Below, piece by piece: positions 26,906 to 40,314 of a DNA stretch of 64,000 nucleotides (positions are counted from its first letter, which is position 1; the number at the start of each line of letters is the position of its first letter). The notes beneath the pieces were generated by a model. The model ran no database searches. It was not told where the DNA came from and saw only the letters and a program-made list of their open reading frames with translations. A program made the position numbers and the translations under genes. The DNA is from Octopus sinensis (Eukaryota): assembly GCF_006345805.1 (NCBI RefSeq), contig NC_043003.1, forward strand, positions 69,688,001 to 69,752,000. Reading direction: 5' to 3'.

Positions 26906-27032
26906 CTCATTGAGAGTTCCAGTGTCCCAGCAGACTGGCCAAGAATAGGCAAGTTTATTCCATTCAGGATTCATAACCTGAGTATGTTTCCATTGTCCAA
27001 GATTATCAAATCTTTCCTGCTTTACTGCCCAC
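26906..27032 (-). CDS. DCDC1: DCDC1-like exon f (127 nt, phase 2 to 0): WAVKQERFDNLGQWKHTQVMNPEWNKLAYSWPVCWDTGTLNE
   Basis: Acceptor tcttgtttctccag, donor GAG/GTGAGA; strongly conserved motif string. Confidence 0.9.
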
Positions 27033-27691
27033 CTGGAGAAACAAGACAGCAATAATAATAATAATGCTGTGATTGTGACAGTGGCGACAGAGTGACAAGG
27101 GGGGAATGGTGTTGGTGGTGATGGTAGTGGTGTGACAATTGTGGTGGTGGTGGTGGTGGTGGTGAGTGTGTGACAGTGTGGTGATAGTGTACAATGGTTT
27201 AGTGATACTGGTGGTGATGGTGGTTGTGTTGGCAGCAGTGGTGATGTGGTGACTGTGGTGGTGGCATTGATATAGCATTGATGTTGGTAGTGGTGGTGGT
27301 AGTGGTGTTGGTAGTGTTAGTGGTGGGGGTGGGGGTGGTAGTGGTGGTGGGGGTGTCTGTAGAGGTGGGGGTAGTGGGGCAGTGATAGTGGTGTTAATGG
27401 TGGCAGTGATGTCAGTAGTATTGGTGTTAGTGGTAGTGTTGTTAGTGGTAGTGATGGTGGTATTAGTGGTGGTGGTGTTAGCAGAATATTTATGACAATA
27501 AACTGCATAGAAGACAACAATGAAGAAAAACAAAAAAGAAAAAGCAGGAAGTAATCAGAGAAGAATAAACCATTTCTAATTAAAGAGAAATTGGTGCCTG
27601 TTTTACATCTGAGTAAACTGAGGTCAGCAAAACAAGATGGTAAAAGTATTTAGTAAAGTAATTGAATTAATTAATTTTAGAAGATACCTAC

Positions 27692-27873
27692 CTCTGTAAT
27701 GCACCTAGTTTCCTTGGTAACGGCTCACTGATAATCAGGTAGATGTTATGTCCAGGTTTTATGTTGCCTGACTCCATGCTGTCGGTGTTGTCATTAATCT
27801 CTTCATTAGTGCCTTCTTCGTTAGAACCATGCAGTTGATTACCAAGCCAAGTCAAAAATAGGTCGGGATAGAT
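27692..27873 (-). CDS. DCDC1: DCDC1-like exon e (182 nt, phase 0 to 2): IYPDLFLTWLGNQ...PRKLGALQR
   Basis: Acceptor cattctgcag, donor AG/GTAGGT; continues the ricin repeat (SAK-IYPDLFLT). Confidence 0.85.
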
Positions 27874-28207
27874 CTGCAGAATGATTATGCAACATTTTAC
27901 ACAGAAGAAGTAACAAGGAAATGAGCTGTTGGAGTCATCATCATCATCATCATCATCATTTAACATCATCATCACCATCATCATCATCATTTAACATCAT
28001 CATCAACAACATCATCGTCATTTAACATCATCAGCATCATCATCATCATCATTTAACATCATCATCATCATCATCATTTAACATCATCATCATCATCATT
28101 GCCGTTGTCGTCTTCATCATCATCATCGTCATTTAACATCATCATCATCATTATTGTCATCATTTAACATCATCATCATCATCATTGTCATTATCATTAT
28201 CACAAAG

Positions 28208-28430
28208 GTGAAGAAGTGTCTCAAAGAATAGTCAACAGAATTTTACGGGGTAGGGATACATGCTCTCATTCAAAGGTGGAACATTGCTATTGAGAGAAAC
28301 AGTGACTATGTTGAGAAGTAGGAATGTGATCCACAGAGGACCAGCTTCATTTTGATGTATGATACATGTTCCTGTGTTGGTAATTATACCTGTCCCATAC
28401 AAAACGGCATTACTTTTTGGCTCACCTTTG
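28208..28430 (+). mobile_element. mariner transposase 3' relic (same 3' end at about 53175-53275)
   Basis: VKKCLKE*STEFYGVGIHALIQRWNIAIERNSDYVEK*. Confidence 0.75.
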
Positions 28431-28439
28431 TTTATGTGT

Positions 28440-29532
28440 GTGTGTGTGTGTGCACACATATATGTGTGTGTATCTTTATGTTTATGTACGACACCCCTAC
28501 TACTAGCACTACTTGACAACTGGTGTTGGTTTATTTATGTCCCAGTGACATAGCAGTTTAGCGAAAGGGTTCAATAGAAAAACCACCAGAATTAAAAATC
28601 AGTCCTGGGGTTGATTCTTTCGATAGAAACTCCTTCAAGGCTGTGCCCCAGAATGGCCACGGTCCAATGACTGAAACAAGTAAAAGGGAATGAAAAAAAA
28701 AGGATGTCATGGCCCAGAATCCAGCATAACCATTTCCAAAGACTTAATCTTCAACAAATAATAAAAATGAAATTGATAGTTTGCTTTTTTTCATTTGCCT
28801 CAGTCGTTGGACAGTGGCCATGCAGGGGCACCATTTTGAAGGGTTTAATCATAGAAAATGACTCCAATGCTGTTTTTAAAGTCTGGCACTTATTCTGTTT
28901 GCAGGACCGCTAAGATATGGGGATGTAAACAAACCAACACTGGGTGTGAAGTGGTGGTATCAGTGGTGGTGATTTGCAAAGATATGCACACAATCTCTGG
29001 TTACCAAAATTATTTCCAAGGCATTGCTTGGGCTATAGTAGAAGATACTGTCCCAAAGCGCTATGCAGTGGGACTGAACCTGAGACCACATGGCTGCAAA
29101 GTGAGCCGTTTTAACCACACAACCCTGCCTCAAGAGAAAGAAAAAGCAAACAGGTGAAATATTTATTCTTTTGTTTCAGTCATTTGACTGCGGCCATGCT
29201 GGAGCACCACTTTTAGTTGAACAAATCGACCCCAGGACTTATTCTTTGTAAGCCTAGTACTTATCCTATCAGTTTCTTTTGTCGAATTGCTAAGTTATGG
29301 GGACATAAACACACCAATATTGGCTGAAGTTGGTGAAGGGACAAACACAGACAGACACACACACACAAATGATGGGCTTCTTTCAGTTTCCATCTATCAA
29401 ATCCACTCACAAGGCTTTGATAGGCCCAAGGCTACAGTAAAAGACACTTGTTGAAGGTGCCACACAGTGGGACTGAACCTGGAACCATGTGGTTGGGAAA
29501 CAAGCTTCTTACCACACAGCCATGCCTGCACC
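28440..29532. mobile_element. Cluster of SINE A copies (28440-28700 +, 28790-29130 -, 29163-29532 -)
   Basis: Colinear with the family A reference copy. Confidence 0.75.
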
Positions 29533-29744
29533 TATGTATATTTGTATATTTAAAGATTACAAATAGCAGCAGCAGCAGTAGTAGTACTTGAAGTAGTTGT
29601 ATCATTATATGGTTGGCCCTGACAGGGTTGACCTTGAGAGGGGTTGTATCTGTAATTCAAAATAGTTTTGTGCCACTACACACCACCACATACTTAATAC
29701 ACAACAATAGTAGTAACAGTAGTAGTGGTGATGGTGGGGTAATG

Positions 29745-29775
<31 letters not shown>

Positions 29776-30069
29776 CACGAGTAGCAGCAGCAGCAGCAGC
29801 AGAAGCGACAACACCATACATGACTAAACGGTTCCATAGCAATAAATTGAGGTTATATTGCAATGCTTTTTGCATTATTTTATTCATTTCTTTGACTTAA
29901 AGAATTCTTTAAAGTTATTTACTCATTGGGAAGGAAGATCTTTTATTTCAAAAGACCATAACATTACAATATCATGTCGGCAGAATATTGCTCGGCTTTG
30001 GAATATATTATTTGAAATGATGGAATCGGTAAAACAAGCTTTATGCATGCACATCTAGACTCCCAACAA

Positions 30070-30181
30070 AGAGTAATGCCATGTGTGTGTGGTGTGTGCA
30101 CATAAGTATATATATATGTATATGTGTGTGTGTACATAAGTGTGTGCATATATATGTATATATATGTGTGTGTGCACATAA

Positions 30182-30240
<59 letters not shown>

Positions 30241-30427
30241 GTATGTATATATATATGTGTGTGTACATGATATATATACGTATATATAGGTATGTATATG
30301 TGTGTGAGTACATAAGTATATATATGTATGTATATATGTGTGTGTATGTGTGTGTGTATATAAGTATATATATGTATGTATATATGTATATATGTGTGTG
30401 TGCACATAAGTATATATATATTATATA

Positions 30428-30462
<35 letters not shown>

Positions 30463-30690
30463 ATATATATATGTATGTATATATATATGTGTGTGTACAT
30501 GATATATATACGTATATATAGGTATGTATATGTGTGTGAGTACATAAGTATATATATGTATGTATATATGTGTGTGTATGTGTGTGTGTATATAAGTATA
30601 TATATGTATGTATATATGTATATATATGTGTGTGTGTGCATATAAATATATATATGTATGTATATATGTATGTGCGCACGCGTGTGTGTG
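30070..30690 (+). repeat. TA/TG compound microsatellite with an internal ~240-bp two-copy duplication; other long TA/CA arrays at 1920-2060, 2450-2850, 11200-11600, 19350-19750, 45340-46050
   Basis: Direct reading. Confidence 0.85.
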
Positions 30691-31244
30691 TGAAGGCACA
30701 TGGCTAAGTGGTTCAGGTATTCAACTCATGATTGTAAAGTCATGAGTTCAATATCTGCTTGTGCATCATGTCCTTCAGCAAGAAACTTCATTTTGAAACT
30801 ATGTAGTTGTTTGTGTGTATATATATTTTTTATCTTTCACTGGTTTCAGTCATTAGACTGCAACCATACTGGAGCACAAATCAATTCCAGTATTTTTTTT
30901 AAGGGCTGGCTGAGTTCCTTTCAAGTGTTGGGCCTCTGGGAGGCAATGACCAAGACCTTTGGCACTATGTCGTGCTTGGGAAGGAGACCCATCAAACCAA
31001 GCAGATCTGCAGTCATGGCAGGTAATGGTGTCACACAAATGGCACCTGTACTGGTGACATGAGAAAGCACCCATTACATTCTTGGAGTGATTGGCATTAG
31101 GAAAGATATCCAGCCATAGAAAACCATGCCAAATCAGACTGGAATCTGGTGCAGCCTTCCAGCTTGCCAACCTTGGTCAAACTATCCAGTCCATGCCAAC
31201 ATGGAAGATGGACATTAAATGATGATGATGATGATGATGGTAGT

Positions 31245-31740
31245 ACTTATTCTATCAGCCACCTTTGTCAAACTGCTAAGTTATAGGGCCATAAACAAAC
31301 CAACACTGGTTGTCAAGCAGTGGGAGTGGGGGCAAACACAAAGATACACACATAGATATATGACAGGCTTCTTTCAGTTTTCATCTATCAAATCCATTCA
31401 TAAGGCTTTGGTCAGCCTGGGGCTATAGTAGAAGATCCTAGCCCAAGGTGACACACGGTGGGACTGAACCCAGAACCATGTAGCTGGGAAGCAAACATCT
31501 TACCACAGAACCACACCTGCATCTATAAGTGTGTGTATGTGTATGGGGAGGTCATTTATAAACCACCACTGCTTGAGAACTGGGATTGGTTTGTTTACAT
31601 CCCCATAACTTGGCAGTTCAGCAAAAGACACTGATAGAATAACTAACTGACTTGAAAAAAAAAAAGAAAAGTCCCAGGGTTGATTTCTTTGGTTAAATCC
31701 TACCCTTCAAGGAAGTGCACCAGCATGGCCACAGTCCAAT
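31245..31740. mobile_element. SINE A pair (31245-31520 -, 31570-31740 +)
   Basis: Colinear with the family A reference copy. Confidence 0.7.
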
Positions 31741-32699
31741 CAGTAAAATGAGTGAAAGGTGAAGGACAATGTGACACTTTAGAAAAATCTTGCAAAAGAA
31801 ACAATCAAAGAATGAAGAAATAACCAAACTTTCTATCATCAGGACAGAAATTCCATATCACATAAAGAAACGGTAAAGTTGGTACTGCAAGAATTCAATA
31901 CATTGTCAATGAATAATAAAATCACAAAACACTGAATTATTTATGAGGTTTTGTTCATAATTTGTCTCTTTTTAAGACTGTTGTTCTCTTTCTCCAATTT
32001 AAAGTAGTTATTAACGTTATACAACATTTATTTGTGTATGTGTGTGTGTGTGTGTAAGTCTTATTTTAAAATTAACTTTGTTTTGATTTTCCACATATAC
32101 ATTGAATAAATTTGATATTAAATAATAATTTTTTTCTTTCTGTTTTTGAATTCTTTTCGATTTATTAATGAAATGTGACATATTTACTGCTGCGTAAAAA
32201 AAAACCCCACTTTCAAAGAGATTCTCTTTGGATTTATTCTGTGCATAAAAGGAGAGAAGGGGAAGAGGGGAGAGAGAGAGAGAGAGAGAGAGGAATTTAC
32301 TGATGATGGAATTTGGTCTGACAATGAATTTACCTGGAATTTATTGGTTTGTGTATAATTATCTTACAATAAAATTATCCAGTGATGAAATTATAGTCTA
32401 TGTATTTACTACAATGTGATTGCTGTATTTTTGCTGGTGTATAATGTGCGTTCTTTTTTATCTTTAAATCTATCAAAAAATTGCTCTGCATCTCATGCGA
32501 TCATATTACGGATGGGTGACTGAGCATCATAGACTAAGGAGCAGACGAGCATAAGCCTGCAAGGCACAAAAATTGTTACTAATGATAAAATATTGGAAAT
32601 GAGTCAAAATATCACAGACTTTTTGTACAAAATTATAAAAAATTGCTCACAGTACATTTATGTACTATGAGCAACCTCTCTGTCTCTCTGTCACAGGCA

Positions 32700-33070
32700 A
32701 ACCTCCCATCATCTCCTCCAATGCTCCCCTCCTATTGAAGAATCTTTGTCTTCCTCCTCTAATGCCCCCCTCTGAAAGGGTCTTTATCTTTCTCCTCCAA
32801 TGCCCCCTCTCAAAGGGTCTTTATCTTTCTCCTCCAATACCCCCTCTCAAAGGGTCTTTATCTTTCTCCTCCAATACCCCCATCTCCTATCAAAAGATCT
32901 TTGTCTTCCTCCTCCAATGTCCTCACTTCTCTCAAAGGGTATTTGTCTTTTTCCTCCAGTGCCCCCTCTCAAAGGATCTTTGTCTTCCTCCTCCAATGTC
33001 CCCACTTCTCTCAAAGGGTCTTTGTCTTCCTTCTCCAATGCCATCCTCTCCTCTCAAAGGACCTTTGTCT
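32700..33070 (+). repeat. Minisatellite, ~37-44-bp unit, about 9 copies
   Basis: CTCAAAGGGTCTTTATCTTTCTCCTCCAATGCCCCCT. Confidence 0.85.
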
Positions 33071-33895
33071 TGCAAGTTACTTGGTGCCCCTGCCAATGTT
33101 GGTGCCATGTAAAAAGCACCAGTTTACTCCATAAAGTAGTTGGTGTTTGTAAGGGCATCCAGCAGTAAAAATCCTGCCAAAACTGACCTCACCTGTGCTT
33201 GTGTCACATAAAAAGCACTCGGCTTACTCTGCTGGGTGGGTGGTGTCAAGAAGGGCATCCAGCTGTAAAAGTCCTGCCAAAACAGTCACAGAAGTTTGGT
33301 GCAGGCTCCTGCCTGGCCAGCTCCTGTCAAACCATCCAACCCATGCCAGCATGGAAAGCAGATGTTAACTGATGATGATGATGATGTTATGTCATGAGGT
33401 GACAATATCTCATCATACCACCTTCCCCAGCATATACAATTCACACCTGATATGTGTTTTGCATTATTTAATGTACATTTAATGAACATTTTTCTTTTAA
33501 TTATCTAAATGAAAAATTCTCCTAGAATGATGAAAATAATATTAAATTTTCATCTGCCTATGAATTATTTGCAACAAGTGGATGACAACACAAACTATCA
33601 TAACCAAAAATACGAGCATTATATCCAGTTTGGTAATTCTCTTGACTTTAAATATAAACAATCATACAACTGATCTGAAAGACAATAAAGCTGAAATACG
33701 ATACACATATAACTTAAAATTTATATTCTAAACTTGTATATTGTCATGTCGTTGTATTTACAAGCAGAGAATTGAGCATTTTCCCATAGAAAAACTACTT
33801 TAAAATATTGGGTTGAGTCACAAATAATTTCTGTTGTTTTTGGAAGTAAATTGTAACAATGCATTTCGAATTTCAGATGTTTAAAATTCATGTAG

Positions 33896-34054
33896 AAGCC
33901 AAATGAATTTTACTCAAGAGGAATCAAAAAGCTACCTGATAAATGGCAAGAAGTCATTCAAAATAATGGCAACTGAAAATAATTCTATGTAAAATTTATT
34001 CATGAGAAAGGTGTTTAACAAAATCGGAAATTATTTTTCAGTGAGTGGATAATA
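33896..34054 (+). mobile_element. mariner transposase 3' relic
   Basis: KPNEFYSRGIKKLPDKWQEVIQNNGN. Confidence 0.7.
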
Positions 34055-34134
34055 AAGCATACGTAATTTGGTTTTGCCTCAAAATAGTTTTGTAAAATAG
34101 GAGTGCATCTTATCCAGGATGGCATCCTATATAT

Positions 34135-34350
34135 CCTTTCTACTATAGGCACAAGGCCTGAAATTTGATGGGGAGAGGACTAGTCGATTACATTGAACCC
34201 AGTGTTTCACTGGTACTTAATTTATTGACACTGAAAGGATGAAAGGCAAAATCAACCTCGGTGGAATTTGAACTCAGAATGGAGTGGCAGATGAAATGCC
34301 TCTAAGTATTTCGCCTTATGTGCTAACAATTCTGCCAGCTTCGCTACCTT
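34135..34350 (-). mobile_element. SINE D with 16-bp TSD
   Basis: TSD ATGGCATCCTATATAT at 34119-34134 and 34351-34366. Confidence 0.85.
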
Positions 34351-34439
34351 ATGGCATCCTATATATGCCAGCAAATATGATGCTCACGATGAATTTACAG
34401 CAAAGAATTTACTGGACACCAAATATTGATATTTTTTAT

Positions 34440-34825
34440 ACTTTTGCTTGTTTTAGGCATTTGACTGTGGCCATGCTGGGGCACTGCTTTGAAGAACTTT
34501 TAGTTGAATGAATCTAATCCCAGTACTTATATTTTTTTAAAGCCTGATATTTATTCTATCGATCTCTTTTGCTGGACTGCTAGGTTATGGGATGTAAATA
34601 AACCAATACCAATTGTCAAGCAGTGGTGGAGGACAAACACAACACAAAAAACACACACACACAACAAGCTTCTTTCAGTTTCCATCTACCAAATCTACTC
34701 ACAAGGCTTTGGTTGGCTTAAGGCTATAGCAGAAGACACTTGCCCAAAGTGCCATGCAGTGGGACTGAACCCAGAACCATGCAGTTGGGAAGCAAACTTC
34801 TTACCACACAGCCATTCTGGCACCT
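34440..34825 (-). mobile_element. SINE A starting about 30 nt downstream of the exon d donor
   Basis: Colinear with the family A reference copy. Confidence 0.8.
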
Positions 34826-34856
34826 AAATGGGTAAACAAATAGAAGAAATATTCAC

Positions 34857-35048
34857 CTTTGCTGATATTGTTCCATTTGGGTTAAATATCCAAATCTGGT
34901 TGGGATTATAGCTGTCTTTCTTCTGTAATCCAACAACACAACCAGAAATCTGGTATTCTTGGTCAGGCATATTTTGGTCTTTTATCCAAAAATCTGTGTA
35001 AACGGCTAAACAAAGCTGTGGCATGGCTTTGCAGTAAATGGTGCCATT
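34857..35048 (-). CDS. DCDC1: DCDC1-like exon d (192 nt, phase 0 to 0), ricin-B repeat: NGTIYCKAMPQLCLAV...NQIWIFNPNGTISAK
   Basis: Acceptor tattcttccacag, donor AAG/GTGAAT; QxW motif. Confidence 0.88.
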
Positions 35049-35109
35049 CTGTGGAAGAATATAGGGATGAGAGAATGTTAGAATGAAAGAATGATGAGAT
35101 TGAAGCAGA

Positions 35110-35960
35110 AAAAAATGATCGAGAGGAGAGAGGAGTGAGTGTAAGTGGAGTGTAAGAAGTGAGTGTGAGTGGAGTGGAAGTGGTGAGTGAGTGAAGTGGA
35201 AGGAGTGAGTGAATGACTGTGTGTGAGTGGAGTGGAATGAGTGCATGTGAGCAGAGTGGAATGAGTGAGTGCGAGTGGAATAGAATGAGTGTGAATGGAG
35301 TGGAACAAGTGAGTGCGAGTGGAACGAGTGAGTGTGAGTGGAGTTGAACGAGTGAGTGAGAGTGGAGGGGAACGAGTGAGCATGAGTGGAATAGAATGTG
35401 GAGTGGAACAAGTGTGAGTGGAGTGGAAAGAGTGAGTGAGAATGGAGGGGAACGATTGAGTGTGAGTGGAGTGTAACGAGTGAGTGTGAGTGGAGTGGAA
35501 TGAGTGAGTGTAAGTGGAATAGAATGAGTGAGTGTGAGTGGAGTGGAACGAGTGAGTGTGAGTGGAGTGGAACAAGTGAGTGTGAGTGGAGTGAAATGAA
35601 TGTGAGTGGAGTGGAACGAGTGAGTGTGAGGAGAGTGGAGTGGAATGAGTGAGTGTGAGTGGAGTGGAACGAATGAGTGTGGGTAGAGTGGAACAAGTGA
35701 GTGTGACTGGAATGGAATGACTGAGTATGAGTGGAGTGAAATGAATGTGAGTGGAGTGGAACGAATGAGTGTAAGTGGAGTGGAACGAGTGAGTATGAGT
35801 GAAATGGAATGAGTGAGTGTAAGTGGAGTGGAACAAGTGTGAGTAGAGTGGAATGAATTAATGACTGTGAGTGGAGTGAGTGACTGACTGATTGAGTGTG
35901 TGAGTGGAGTGAATAAGTGAGTGACTGATTAAGTGATTGTGTGTGAGGGGAGTGAGAGAG
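35110..35960 (+). repeat. GAGTG/GGAAT-based compound satellite
   Basis: ~850 bp of degenerate pentamer and ~28-bp higher-order units. Confidence 0.85.
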
Positions 35961-36584
35961 TTAGGAAACAGTGAATTAAAGACAGAAAGCACCCGGCACA
36001 CACATTACAGCAGAATAGTATAATTCACCAATGCAAATATTGTCTACATTGCAAACTTTATGAATGATTCATTATCAATAAACATAATCGCAATAATGTT
36101 GACATCTTTATCGCACATATCACACATATTAAGTATTATCTAGGAATGCTATCTCACCAAGTCTGATATCTCCATCATATATAATATATTTTATTGAGAA
36201 ATACTATCTCGCCAATACTGACAGCTCTACCATACACACACACGCACAATTTACAAACATCATTTCATGTATGCTAATGCTGGTGGTGGTGCTGATGCGA
36301 AATTTGAAGAGCATCCTTTAATTCTTTGTCCTTTATTTTCTTATTTGTTAGTGATTTTTGCAAGCTGATATCAATAGTATGTTTCTCCAGATTTCGATAT
36401 TTATCAAGCATGGACATGGCTGAGAGGTTAAAAAGCTGGCTTTGCAATCATGTGTGATTTCAGGTTCATTCCTGCTGCATGACACCACAGGCAAGTGTCT
36501 TCATTCATTGCCTTAGCCTTGGCCTGAACAATGACTTGTGAATGAAATTAGGAAATTTAAACTGTACAGAAGCCTGTTGCAGGC

Positions 36585-36621
<37 letters not shown>

Positions 36622-36624
36622 ATA

Positions 36625-36890
36625 TTGCCCTCATAGCAGAATCACTACCAGAATTAGAGAAGAAACTTCAAGTGTGGAAGCAAGGTTTAGAATTGAAGGG
36701 CCTTACAGTCAATGTTGCAAAGACCAAAGTTCTAGTAAGTAGGAAGGCAAACACATCACGCACCCCTTCAGGTAGGTGGCCCTGCTCAATCTGTAGAAAA
36801 GGTGTAGGTAGAAACTCTATAAGATGTACCCAGTGTAAGCTATGGACACATAAGAGGTGCAGCAACATCAAAGGAAGATTAACCAGGAAG
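36625..36890 (+). mobile_element. RTE-type LINE internal fragment with Cys/His finger
   Basis: LIAESLPELE..GLTVNVAKTKVL..WPCSICRKGVGRNSIRCTQCKLWTHKRC. Confidence 0.8.
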
Positions 36891-37814
36891 TTGTCAAGCA
36901 GTGGGGTTTGGGGAGAGGGGAGGAAACAAACTCATGCATATATATATCTCAATATAACAGAAATACTTAGGATAGTTCCAACTCATAGTGGCTGTGTGAT
37001 TGGTAGTTCAGAATCTCATGGTCACTATCGGAATCTCATGGTCGCAGTGCAAATAAAAAAATAAATAAATTTACAATTCTAAATCAACTTCATTATCATA
37101 AACCTATCAGATCACAGTCTCCTCATAATAGTCATTTTATTCTAATCTAATTCCAATTCTTGTATTGGATGTCAGTTAGGATTGAATCTTTTGTGTGTTC
37201 GTTCAATACAACCTGATGATCTTGCATTTTTGATTTTGGTTCTTTTTTGCAACTAAAATTTAACTGGAATGATGTTAAAACAGACTTAATGACTCAACTC
37301 TTTAGAATATTGCTAAAAGCTGTCACCTATAAATTGCTAATGTAAATCAACAACTAATCAGATCAATATTTGACCTGATGAATGTTTGATGCAGCAAAAA
37401 GATGGATCAATGGTTAAAGTACAGGTACTTCAATGTCTGAGATTCAGGTCAATAGAGTATGAAGCTAGGTTAGAAATAAGAAGGGTACGTGTGGAGATTA
37501 TCATTTGTGTAACTGCCAATATAACAGAATAGAAGAATGTTGTGGTTAAAAATCTGGAACACCAGATTTATGGTTTGAAGTTTAGACTTGGTTAGAATTC
37601 TAGAATATCTTTTACTTGTTTTAGTAATTTGACTGCGACCATGCTGGGGCACTGCCTTGAAGAATTTTTAGTTGAATGAATTGATCCTAGTACTTATATT
37701 TTGTTAAACTTGCTACTTGTTCTATTGGTCTCTTTGGCAAACTGCTAAGTTACAGGGACATAAACACACCAACACCGGTTGTCAAGCAGTGGTGGAGGAC
37801 AAGCACAGACACAC

Positions 37815-37889
<75 letters not shown>

Positions 37890-37893
<4 letters not shown>

Positions 37894-38296
37894 TCATCAT
37901 CATCATTTAACATCTGCTTTCCATGCTAGCGTGGGTTGGACGATTTGACTAAGAACTGGTGAACCAGATGGTAGCCCCAGGCTCCAATCTGATCTGGCAG
38001 AGTTTCTACAGCTGGATGCCCTTCCTAACGCCAACCACTCCGAGAGTGTAGTGGGTGCTTTTACGTGCCACTGGCACGAGGGCCAGTCAGGTGATACTGG
38101 CAAATGCCATGCTCAAGTGGTGTTTTTTACAAGCCACCAACACAGGAGCCAGTCCAGCGGCATGGGCAACAACCTTGCTCAAATGTTTTTCATGCGCCAG
38201 TAAGGTAACGCTGGTAATGATCATGTTTGAATGGTGCTTTTTACATGCCACCGGCACAGAAGCTAGTCAGCTGCTCTGGCAGCAATCATGCTCGGA
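37890..38296 (-). mobile_element. Family C fragment
   Basis: Matches the LINE 3' UTR. Confidence 0.75.
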
Positions 38297-38735
38297 TGCT
38301 TTGCTCCATATATGCTCTTTCAGGGACACTCCCAGCATTGGTCTTTCCATAGCTCTTTGAGCAGTTACTAGACTCTGCTCCTCTCTCTTCATTCTGGCTC
38401 AGGTTACACCCCTGTACAAAACTGCAGGTAAAACTGTGTCACTGAGGAGATTGGTGTGAGCGGTCCTATCCAGCTTTCCTTTGAGTACATCTTTGATGAA
38501 GTTGAATACATTGCTCGCTTGACTGAGAATCTGTGGACTCATGCAGTTGTCGAGTGACGTCTGTATGAATGGAAGAGGCCACTTGGAAGGCCCCCAAATC
38601 GGTGAGTTGATGAAATACGTCAAGCATTTGGAGCTATGTGGATGAGGAAGACATGATCCAGAGAGGAATGGACAGCATGCTGTGACCATTGGTGTCAAAA
38701 TGATGCCCAACAGTCTGGTTGGTCAAGGTAATCTT
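38297..38735. mobile_element. RTE LINE 3' end with inverted upstream segment
   Basis: 38297-38519 minus: FIKDVLKG..TVLPAVLY..AQRAMER; 38520-38735 plus: same family as 1388-1600. Confidence 0.75.
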
Positions 38736-38939
38736 GGTAATATTTCAGAACAATCCTTTGCAAGTGTTGTCAGTTATTTCTTCACACAGCACCCAAGAAA
38801 CATATTTTCATTCATCAACTCAGTCACTCCCACAACAGATCAACAACTCCATCCAGCAACAACATCAACCAAAATGGCATTTTGTTTTCCATTAAATTCA
38901 ATAGATCCGGCAAGCCAAATGAGACCATAACCATACGAG

Positions 38940-39395
38940 TGTGATCGTTGACAGAGCAGCTATTCAAATATGATCGTTACCAGCGTCACCTTACTGGCAC
39001 TTATACCTGTGCTAGTAGGGTGCCAAGAGCACCATCCGAGCATGATCGTTGCCAGAGCAGCCAACTGGCTTCCGTACCCGTGGCACATAAAAGGGCCCCA
39101 TTCAAGCATGGCCATTACCAACGTCGCTTCACTGACACCTCTGCTGGTGGCACGTGTAAAAAGATTCGAGCGAGGTCATTGCCAGTACCGCCTGACTGGC
39201 CCCCGTGCCGGTGGCATGTAAAAAGCACCCACTACACTCTTGGAGTGGTTGGCATTAGGAAGGGCATCCAGCTGTAGAAACTCTGCCAGATCAAGATTGG
39301 AGCCTGGTGCAGCCATCTGGTACGCCGGCCCTCAGTCAAAATCTTACAACCCATGCTAGCATGGAAAGCGGATATTAAACGATGATGATGATGAT
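38940..39395 (+). mobile_element. Family C fragment, little diverged
   Basis: Matches the LINE 3' UTR, CpGs retained. Confidence 0.75.
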
Positions 39396-40314
39396 GTACC
39401 ATACAAGTTAGTCATGTTTTTAATCCATTTACTCTAATACCTAATTTTTGACACAAATGCTGATTGTTTCATTTGTATATTTTGGAATCAGTAATTTTTT
39501 AAATGCATCAGTATGTTTCCTGGATAATCCTTCACCAGATGTGCAAATAGTAATATAATCGATTTCTTTATAACATTTTAAACCATAATCTTTGATTTCT
39601 TTGTGAAAAAAAATTTACATTTTTCTTTATGACATTTTAAGCCACATTCTTTTAACTAATTGAATATTATTTCTAAATTATTTCAATGTTTTTCATCCAA
39701 GAAATGTTGTCAACCAGCCACGCCTAAACTTAATTATTATTTTTCATAATTAATTGTCTAATTAGGTTATTATTCGTTGAATAATCAATTTATAATTTCA
39801 TCATCATCCTCATCATCATCCTGATGTCTATCATTACTATTATTGTTGTTGTTGTTGTTGTTACATGATGATGATGATGAAGACAACGACTTACCAAAAT
39901 TACTTTATATTCCATAGTTTATTATTTCGTCAAATGATTTCAACAGATTATTTCTCCATCATATAATTTTGTTAAATTTCTCATAATACTATTAAACAGA
40001 TCTAGTTTAAGAAAATAGCTTACCAAATTGAAATTAACTGGAATGGCATAGGAGACATAATTTTTTAAATGCAGAAACAACAGAAATACAATAGACAAAT
40101 GGAAAATGTGTTGGGAATGTGTTGTGTGCTTGTGCATGATTTATAGTGATTGAGATTATAACATTCCCCCACCTGGATGGGATGCCAGTCTATCACAGCG
40201 TTAACTTCCCAGTTATTGCTCAGCTCTGGGTGCATTGCTTCTTATAGCAGAAACAACTGTAAGCTAATGAAAGTGATTATGCAACTCCAGTATTATTTTT
40301 TTTGTCATTTATTA

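Noticed and set aside
32660-33168. ORFs in three frames
   Set aside because: Minisatellite translation
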